The notes under the pieces were generated by a model. The model did not search any database. It had not been told where the DNA came from and saw only the letters and a program-made list of their open reading frames with translations. A program made the translations under genes and the position numbers. Shown one piece after another: positions 1 to 6,952 of a stretch of DNA of 32,000 nucleotides (its first letter is position 1; each line of letters begins with the position of its first letter). Source of the stretch: Promethearchaeota archaeon (GTDB lineage Archaea; Asgardarchaeota; Lokiarchaeia; Sigyniarchaeales; Promethearchaeaceae). The stretch covers positions 30,001-62,000 of the forward strand of contig JAFGBS010000028.1 in the NCBI GenBank assembly GCA_016933055.1, given 5' to 3'.

Positions 1-2
1 TG

Positions 3-353
3 TTAATTTCTAATGGAATAAATGCAGAAATTTTGCATAAAGTAAGAGAACCAGAGAAGAAACCCAACATTATGGATTCCATCTTGAATCGTGAACTGTC
101 TCTAGTTATCAACATTCCACAAGCACATAACAATCCCGAGAATTCTTATATTACAGAAGACGAATATATGATTCGTCGAAAAGCAGTGGAATTCAACATA
201 CCTGTGATTACCAACATACAGATGCTGGAGTCATTGGTAGAAGCCTTGACTGATCTCTATGATAGAGGGATAAAGAGTGTATCCGAATATTATAAGAATG
301 TATCTGTGAAATCATTGCATGATTATAATCAATATGTAAATACCTATTGGTAG
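3..353 (+). CDS. carB: Carbamoyl-phosphate synthase large subunit, C-terminal MGS-like domain (5'-truncated by window edge)
   Basis: Frame is open from position 3 (LISNGINAEILHKV...). LVINIP...DEYMIRRKAVEFNIPVITN matches the CarB MGS-like domain C-terminus. Confidence 0.8.
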   Translation, partial: LISNGINAEILHKVREPEKKPNIMDSILNRELSLVINIPQAHNNPENSYITEDEYMIRRKAVEFNIPVITNIQMLESLVEALTDLYDRGIKSVSEYYKNVSVKSLHDYNQYVNTYW

Positions 354-434
354 AACCTATAATAATGAACTGTCAAAATAACACAATATCCTAAGAAATC
401 AAAGGAGAATGGGAGATAATTACTACTTGAAACT

Positions 435-443
435 AAAAAAAAA
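435..443 (-). terminator. Oligo-U archaeal terminator candidate (minus strand)
   Basis: A9 run on + strand, 12 nt past the zinc-ribbon stop at 456. Confidence 0.4.
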
Positions 444-455
444 GACTCCATTAAT

Positions 456-957
456 TTATTCTTCCCAATATAGATGCAAACCACACTTTGGACAAAGTTT
501 TGATCGGATTGGGGTTAATTGACTACAGATAGGACATTTTCAGCAGCCCTAGCTTGTGGGAAAGGATTTTTATTAATGGGTTTGGGACGGTGGTTTGAGA
601 TGTCCCTACAGGTTTTGTAACATGTTTGTCATTAAGATAATTAATGAAATGCACTACCTTATTCTTTATTTCATTAACTAAACCATTTGCATCCATTACT
701 AATACGACTGGGCAGACTCCAAGGGGTACGTAAAAATACTTATCCGAAGGTAAAAAATTAAGTAACAACCCCATCATGATGAACAATGAAATTGCCGTCA
801 ATATAAAAATTCCAATTAGCTCCGCAATAGGAGGCTTACTGAATTTTTGTTTATATTCCCCACATTCCCCCATTCTCAATTGCATAATATCCTTTATTTC
901 AAATTTTTCTTTGACGGCTTTATTCTTGTTCATGCTTGAGATTATGTCGATTTGCAT
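456..957 (-). pseudogene. Two-TM membrane protein with C-terminal CxxC-x10-CxxC zinc ribbon, split by an apparent +1 frameshift at 537-540
   Basis: ORF 957-523 has two hydrophobic segments. The alternative frame 539-456 reads KCPICSQLTPIRSKLCPKCGLHLYWEE* and joins if one base of the TTTT run at 537-540 is removed. Could be an assembly indel rather than a true pseudogene. Confidence 0.55.
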
Positions 958-1037
958 CTAGAAATATATTTTGAAATATGATTTTGTCACTAGAGTGAGA
1001 AAGGGGAACCTCCACTTATTTAATGTAGGGAATAAAT

Positions 1038-2051
1038 TCATTGAAATATTGAAGTATCAATGCTCACTTCTTTGCCTGTTCGACTGGATTCGTAAATTGC
1101 ATCAATTACTGCAGTAATTTTCAAACTTTCTTTACCAGTAGCATTGAATGGTTTGTTTCTCATTACGTAACTTATAAAAGCATCTACAATTTTCCCGTAA
1201 CTTAGTAGACCTTTAGCATCTAATGGATATTTTTTACGTTTAACTCGTTGCCATTTCACTTGTGAAAAAATAGAACCTCTAAACAAAATATTTCCTTTTT
1301 CTCCAAATATGCTGATGTGAGTACCTGCTCCAGGGTCATTAGCTGCGGAACTGAGAACTTGAGCGATAGCTCCACTCTCAAACTCAATTAATCCCATTCC
1401 AACATCTTCCACTTCAATATCATGTCTTCGAGTGGCAATTTTCCCACTTACTGAAACTGGAGTACCTAATGCCCAGATAAGTATGTCAATGAAATGTATA
1501 GCATGAGTCATTAATGTCCCCCCTCCCGCTGTTTCGAGTTTTCCGCGCCATGGGCTTGACTCGTAATAATTTTTGGTTCGTTTCCATGGAACATTTACTG
1601 TACCATACATAATCTTTCCAAGATGCCCATCTTGAACAGCTCGAGCCATATTCACTGCTTGAGGATTATATCGGTTTTGAAAGTCAACTCCTATTTTTAC
1701 GCCTTCTTTTTCTGCCTTGTTTACAATACGGATCGCATCGTCCAATTTCGTTGTTAAGGGTTTTTCTATGAAAATGTTGATATTGTTATCGATTGCATCA
1801 TCCATCATAGATGTATGCGTAAAATGAGGAGTTGCAATATATACAGCATCGATATCCTTGCAGTAGTCTTCATAAAACTCATCGGTTGAACAACAATAGG
1901 GGGTTCCCAATTTTTCGCTCCATTTCTTTGCAGATTCCTCGTTTATATCAACAATACATGCCAGTTTAGCCCGTTTGTTCCTTTGAATCATAAATTGGAC
2001 GGTTTTGAAAATTCCACCGGTACCTATAGCTGCAAAATTGAGTTGATTCAT
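1038..2051 (-). CDS. Gfo/Idh/MocA family NAD(P)-dependent oxidoreductase
   Basis: N-terminal Rossmann motif IGTGGI, YIATPHFTH, EKP motif (IFIEKPL) and GGGTLMTHAIHFID. Confidence 0.92.
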   Translation of the reverse strand: MNQLNFAAIGTGGIFKTVQFMIQRNKRAKLACIVDINEESAKKWSEKLGTPYCCSTDEFYEDYCKDIDAVYIATPHFTHTSMMDDAIDNNINIFIEKPLTTKLDDAIRIVNKAEKEGVKIGVDFQNRYNPQAVNMARAVQDGHLGKIMYGTVNVPWKRTKNYYESSPWRGKLETAGGGTLMTHAIHFIDILIWALGTPVSVSGKIATRRHDIEVEDVGMGLIEFESGAIAQVLSSAANDPGAGTHISIFGEKGNILFRGSIFSQVKWQRVKRKKYPLDAKGLLSYGKIVDAFISYVMRNKPFNATGKESLKITAVIDAIYESSRTGKEVSIDTSIFQ

Positions 2052-2224
2052 TAAGAACTATTAGAATTTTTGCTTCAAAAATGATGTGTAAAATTAGAAT
2101 TAGATAATAGATCTGCAGACTATCTATTTATCCAATGCTAAATGGAAGGTTGGGATCTCTCATTATATCAAATAATTCCAGAAAATGCAAAGAAATAAAA
2201 TTCTGAAAAATTGTAATTTATCTC

Positions 2225-2944
2225 ATGGCCGATATTTTCCCTATTCCAGATAGTTTAGTCTATTTGCATGGTATTCTTAAATTGGCAGTTGCGGTAACAG
2301 GGATCATACTTTTAGTCCTTACTATCCGAAAACATATAAAAAAAAGTTCTCAAGTTAGTTCCATTTTAATTATTGTATTTTTAGCAATGATTCTCGGATT
2401 AACATTTGCCAGTTTTGATGATTTGTTTGGATGGGAAAATCTTTTAGGATCACAAACTTGGGTTGGATTTGGATTGTCCACGATATTCAATAGTCTAGCA
2501 AACTCATCTTATTTAGCATTATATATTGCGATTTTTATGGCACAAGATAAGTGGAAATCGAAGCACATAATCTTCTTGGTTTCTTTCGGTCTGGTTGATT
2601 TGACTGCTGCAGTGCTAAGCATGGGATATTATGCTTTTGGATGGATCTTTTATCCCTCTATTATTCCTTCAGCAATACATATGATCTTTGCTGCTGTTCT
2701 TTACACTTTCTGGTTAGTTCAGTGCACTCGAATAATTAAAACCTTGACTGAAGAAGATTATATAAGAAGATTCCGATCGTTTCAGATATCATCAATTCTA
2801 ATCCTATTATCAGTGATTGCATTTGCTATCACAGGTTTCAGTGAAACTCGTAGTTATATTACATGGGTCGGATTGGGATTTCTAAGTTTAGGCTTATTAT
2901 TCTCTTATCTTGGATTCTTAAAAACAAAAGAACAAAGTAAATAA
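2225..2944 (+). CDS. Hypothetical seven-transmembrane protein
   Basis: 239 aa with seven hydrophobic segments counted by eye; no soluble catalytic domain. Confidence 0.75.
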   Translation: MADIFPIPDSLVYLHGILKLAVAVTGIILLVLTIRKHIKKSSQVSSILIIVFLAMILGLTFASFDDLFGWENLLGSQTWVGFGLSTIFNSLANSSYLALYIAIFMAQDKWKSKHIIFLVSFGLVDLTAAVLSMGYYAFGWIFYPSIIPSAIHMIFAAVLYTFWLVQCTRIIKTLTEEDYIRRFRSFQISSILILLSVIAFAITGFSETRSYITWVGLGFLSLGLLFSYLGFLKTKEQSK

Positions 2945-3008
2945 AATTAATAATTTATTAGGAAGAAATTCATGATCATCGAGTTGAAATAGAAAATGAA
3001 AAAAGTAA

Positions 3009-3389
3009 TCATTGTTTTACTGCAAAACAGTCAATTTCTACTTTTACTTTCTTCACTATGTCTTTTACAGCTATTGCTGCGCGTGCAGGAAATGGTTCCG
3101 TAAAGAAAGTGGCATATACTTCATTCATTTCGGCAAAATCCTCGATATCTTCTAAGTACACGGTGCATTTCACTACATCGGTCATGTAAAAGCCCGCTTG
3201 CTCCACAAGTGCTTTTAATTTTTCAAGAACTTGCCTTGTTTGCTCCTTGATTGATACATTAACATCATTTGGAATTTGTCCTGATACAAACAATTGATTA
3301 CCAACAATACGATAAGGACTATACGGTCCTACTGGTTTTGATTTCATGAATGAGATTTTATTTGTTTTTAAATAAATTTTATGTTGCAT
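3009..3389 (-). CDS. ridA: RidA/YjgF/UK114 family enamine/imine deaminase (likely start at ATG 3347)
   Basis: GPYSP, LFVSGQIP, VVKCTVYL, FAEMNEVYATFF, PARAAI and KVEID motifs. Confidence 0.9.
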   Translation of the reverse strand: MQHKIYLKTNKISFMKSKPVGPYSPYRIVGNQLFVSGQIPNDVNVSIKEQTRQVLEKLKALVEQAGFYMTDVVKCTVYLEDIEDFAEMNEVYATFFTEPFPARAAIAVKDIVKKVKVEIDCFAVKQ

Positions 3390-3532
3390 TGGATGGGTAT
3401 TCTACATTAAAACAATCTGATTAATCATTTTCATAGTTGAGTAAACTCTTATCTTTGATTTATGGACATTTTCATAAGTAACACACCATATATTAGTGCA
3501 TACTGATAGATTCCGATGGAATAGGCAAAAAT

Positions 3533-4726
3533 ATGAACAACTTGAAAAATTCACTCATAACCCATCTCGAATGTTCTTTTTGCGGTAAAGTGCATGACGC
3601 TGATGAATTGAATACCGTTTGCAAAAAGTGTGGGAAAGTATTATATCCCAGATACGATTTAGAAAAAGGAAAAGAATGTATCACTCCAAATTCCCTACGA
3701 TTACGGAAAACATACAATTTATGGCGATTCCATGAAATTATGCCGGTCAAACAAGAGAAATATCGAATTTCTCTAGGAGAAGGATGGACTCCACTTATCC
3801 ATCTTAAGAATCTTGGTGAAAAAATGGGATTAAAAGAGTTATACCTAAAAGATGAAGGGCAGAATCCTACGGGAACTTTTAAAAGTAGGGGATTATGTGC
3901 TGCAGTAGCGAAAGGGATAGAATTAGGCGTAAAAGAATTCAGTATGCCCACTGCAGGTAATGCGGGAGCTGCTTTAGCCGCTTATACTGCTCATGCAAGA
4001 GTAAAATCTCACATATTTGCTCCAAAAGACACGGATGAATTCATTCAAGTTGAAATGAAAGCAATGGGTGCGGATCTCACGTTAGTAAATGGTTTGATAA
4101 CTGATGCGGGAGCTGAAGCAAAAAAGATCGGTATTGAGAATGGTTGGTTTGATGTATCCACGTTGAAAGAGCCATATCGAATAGAGGGTAAAAAAACTAT
4201 GGGTTTAGAGCTCGCTGAACACTTTGAATGGGGTCTACCGGATGTTATCATCTACCCAACTGGAGGAGGTACTGGTATTGTTGGCATGTGGAAGGCTTTT
4301 ACAGAATTGGAGGAGCTGGGTTTAATCGGACATGAACGCCCTAAAATGATATCAGTTCAACCCGTTGGATGTCAACCTATTGTACGAGCTTTTGAAAATG
4401 GGGATGAATTTGCAGGAACCTGGCCAAATGCTACGTCAAAATTTGGGGGAATACGTGTTCCATCAGCAATTGGAGATTATTTAATCTTAAGAGCGATTCG
4501 GGAATCACACGGAACTGCTATTGCTGTAGCTGATATCCATACTCATGAATCGATGTTGAAACTTGCAAAACACGAGGGTATTATGATCGCAGGTGAAGCA
4601 GCCGCTACAATTGCCGCATTGGAAAAATTGAACGATAATGGATTCGTAGATAAAACTCAAAAAATTGTATTGTTTGGTACAGGTTCTGGGTTAGTAACGC
4701 CTTCGTTATGGTCTTCTTCACCATAG
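3533..4726 (+). CDS. thrC: Threonine synthase (PLP, fold type II) with N-terminal Zn ribbon
   Basis: CSFC...CKKC, SLGEGWTPL, PLP-lysine motif NPTGTFKSRG, TAGNAG, PTGGGTG, FGTGSG. Confidence 0.88.
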   Translation: MNNLKNSLITHLECSFCGKVHDADELNTVCKKCGKVLYPRYDLEKGKECITPNSLRLRKTYNLWRFHEIMPVKQEKYRISLGEGWTPLIHLKNLGEKMGLKELYLKDEGQNPTGTFKSRGLCAAVAKGIELGVKEFSMPTAGNAGAALAAYTAHARVKSHIFAPKDTDEFIQVEMKAMGADLTLVNGLITDAGAEAKKIGIENGWFDVSTLKEPYRIEGKKTMGLELAEHFEWGLPDVIIYPTGGGTGIVGMWKAFTELEELGLIGHERPKMISVQPVGCQPIVRAFENGDEFAGTWPNATSKFGGIRVPSAIGDYLILRAIRESHGTAIAVADIHTHESMLKLAKHEGIMIAGEAAATIAALEKLNDNGFVDKTQKIVLFGTGSGLVTPSLWSSSP

Positions 4727-4958
4727 TGATCTTAATTTTCTGAATTGAATCTTCGAAAAATATCTTCAGGTACAGCCTTGGATGAATGAGAAAATCGAAA
4801 ATAATAATATTGAAGATGATATTGAGGAACATGATAGATACATGAAAATCTAAAAAGTTTAGACGAAACATAGCAATAAGATCGTTTTTTTTAGGAAAAG
4901 GATCGACCAGGGGTATTAATCTCAAAAACCTAAAATCAAATGCAATATCCCTATTATT

Positions 4959-5840
4959 ATGAGCCTTTCAGATTGGGATTCTCAAAAATGGTTAAACAAA
5001 ATCGTACACGCTGCAAAAAAAGCATATGAATCCATCGAAGGGATTATTGGAACTCCCCTTGCTCGGCAGCGGATTCGAAAGAATCAACTTGGGGATACTA
5101 CTTTATGCATCGATAAAACAGCAGAAGATGTTATCTTAAGAGAAATGGGTAAAATCAATCAAAATATAAAAGTGATTACTGAAGAGACTGGAGAATTTTT
5201 CACACAACAAGAAACAGAGGAATTTTCAGATTATCTAGTAATCGATCCCATTGACGGAAGTCATAATGCTTCCTTTGGTTTTCCTATGGCTTGTATTTCC
5301 ATTGCACATGCGAAAGGTCCTCATTTAGATGATGTGGATGCTGGAGTGATAATGAATATTTTCTCGAAAGACATATTCACTGCCATAAAAGGAAAAGGAG
5401 CATTTAGAAACGGTTTTCCCATCCATGTTAATACAAGAAAAGTGCTTCCTAAATGCCTGTTTGGGATGAATTTATCAGTTGATGAGACTTTAGCAGACTT
5501 TGTAAACCGATATGCAAAATTCTTTGATAAATGCAAACCTATGCGCATCCGTGGGATAGGTACCGATGGATTCGCCTTAACTTTGGTAGGTTCGGGTCAA
5601 TTGGATTTATTTTTGAACCTGCAGAATAAAACGCGAACACTTGATATCGCAGCCGCTGCATTGATACTTAAAGAAGCTGGGGGTATATTAATCGATCCTT
5701 ATGGTAATGTGTTAAATTCCCTATTGGCATTGACAACACGGATTTCTTTTATTGGGATTTCTCCCACCTTAAAAAAACAATTGGATCCACTTATTCCAAT
5801 TTTGGCCGAATGCTATAAGAATCAACCTTCTATCCTCTAA
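4959..5840 (+). CDS. Inositol monophosphatase / archaeal FBPase-IMPase family protein
   Basis: DKTAED, ITEE, IDPIDGS and DIAAA metal-binding motifs. Confidence 0.88.
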   Translation: MSLSDWDSQKWLNKIVHAAKKAYESIEGIIGTPLARQRIRKNQLGDTTLCIDKTAEDVILREMGKINQNIKVITEETGEFFTQQETEEFSDYLVIDPIDGSHNASFGFPMACISIAHAKGPHLDDVDAGVIMNIFSKDIFTAIKGKGAFRNGFPIHVNTRKVLPKCLFGMNLSVDETLADFVNRYAKFFDKCKPMRIRGIGTDGFALTLVGSGQLDLFLNLQNKTRTLDIAAAALILKEAGGILIDPYGNVLNSLLALTTRISFIGISPTLKKQLDPLIPILAECYKNQPSIL

Positions 5841-5922
5841 TAGCATTCTAAGGTATAGTAGGATTTGGGAAAACTACCATATAATCTCAAACATAGTTCA
5901 CATTATTGGATGAAGTATTTCC

Positions 5923-6105
5923 TTAAATTCTATATTTTTTTTCTTCCGAAACTGTTGCTGCAACCCCTTCAGGTGTGTGTCTTTGTTCGTCTTTCATATT
6001 CTCATGGGTTTTTATCTTTTTATCAACTTGAGCCCTATCCCTTTTAATTTTTTTAATCCAAATTTTAAACCTATATTTAATTTTCTCCAAAAGCTTCATT
6101 TCCAT
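5923..6105 (-). CDS. Small basic hypothetical protein (60 aa)
   Basis: MEMKLLEKIKYRFKIWIKKIKRD... is the protein-like C-terminal half of ORF 5923-6279; ATG at 6105 or 6099. Confidence 0.5.
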   Translation of the reverse strand: MEMKLLEKIKYRFKIWIKKIKRDRAQVDKKIKTHENMKDEQRHTPEGVAATVSEEKKYRI

Positions 6106-6316
6106 AAAAAAAGGATTTTTGATGACTTTAACATAGAAATAGATGAAGCAATATTGAATTTTGAATAATCGACATCTGTACGGCTTAATCCAATTAAAAT
6201 TTGATCCATTTAATGTTAAACTATTGTAAAACAGCGTCAAACTCGTAAAATAGAAAATTTTACGATAAATCGGAATCAAATTCCGATTCTACTGTACGTA
6301 TAGATGTAGACTACTT

Positions 6317-6520
6317 AAGTAAGAAGTGCGGGCTGGTAGCACGTTGAAGAATGAACCAACAAAGCCGAATGCGTAGCATGAGGCAGATATGCGTAGTGTT
6401 TGATGGTACACCAAATGCATGGCACTTCGTACTATATACCCTCTATTCACCTATCTGATAGGATAGATGGATATCACGGAATAGATGTTGACTAATCAAA
6501 TTAGGTGCTATGGTATCCTA
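6317..6520 (+). ncRNA. Putative structured ncRNA, copy 1 of a two-copy motif (family unidentified)
   Basis: Shares AAGTAAGAAGTGCG (14/14), AGGCA-N2-3-ATGYGTAG, TTCGTACTRTATACC (14/15) and GGTAT with 9620-9802 in the same order. Several helices; G-U pairs form on the + strand. Confidence 0.55.
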
Positions 6521-6590
6521 TACTCTCTACTTTTAACTGGATTGTAATTTTGAAATTATTCTATAAACTACGCTAAAAGCCTGCTTTACT

Positions 6591-6762
6591 ATCCTAAAGA
6601 CAGTTACGTAGGTTTTAACGTAGGGGTGCCTATAACCCCGTTGGTCAATCGATCAACTCATTAGGGATTTTATTTCCGCTATTCGGTGGAGTTTACTGAT
6701 AGTTTTAAGTTAAAACGTTTACCTACTCACCGTAAAGGGTAGAATAGGTGTTGATTAGTAAA
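6591..6762 (+). ncRNA. Putative structured RNA module (four-way junction, hairpin, three-way junction)
   Basis: At least eight helices readable by eye; all wobble pairs are G-U on the + strand. Confidence 0.45.
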
Positions 6763-6952
6763 AAATGAATTTAAATGTTAAAAAATTCAGCGTTATATTT
6801 GCCGAATTACGTGAGGAAATACGTGAAAGTGAAATAAGAATTGAATAAAAAAGGAAAAATTTCCACCACGATATCAAAATAGATAATAATAAATTGTGTT
6901 GTTTCTTTTATCGCCCACATATTAACCAAAATTAATAAACGGAATAGGTAGA

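Noticed and set aside
4782-4853. 23-aa acidic sORF between thrC and the IMPase gene
   Set aside because: Too short, with no SD or homology evidence.
6106-6279. N-terminal 58 codons of ORF 5923-6279
   Set aside because: F/Y/I/N-rich low-complexity sequence typical of an AT-rich spacer, and it overlaps the hairpin region. A start at 6105/6099 is preferred.
6317-6440. Lysine riboswitch (GUAGAGGUGC-like start, GAAAGG and GCCGAA words)
   Set aside because: The pairing of block 1 with block 3 does not fit the L-box five-way junction; the 3' GGAG.GCUA is absent and no lysine gene is adjacent.
6610-6660. HEARO/IscB omegaRNA on the minus strand (TTGACCA-hairpin-CTACGTT)
   Set aside because: Only two short words match, there is no IscB/IsrB/TnpB ORF, and the G-U pairs indicate the + strand.
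6591-6668. tRNA (cloverleaf with CUA at the anticodon position, evoking tRNA-Pyl or an amber suppressor)
   Set aside because: Lacks U8, U33, purine 37, T-loop consensus, variable loop and discriminator/CCA, and the spacers between arms are wrong. Kept only as a structured RNA candidate.
6326-6730. Group II intron: GTGCG at 6326 and 9629 (copy 2 resembles the Ll.LtrB 5' end) and CCTACTCAC at 6722-6730 resembling a DVI end
   Set aside because: No domain V (AGC/CGC triad hairpin with AY bulge) on either strand, no RT/maturase and no interrupted host gene. The GTGCG pairs within about 100 nt rather than opening a large domain I.
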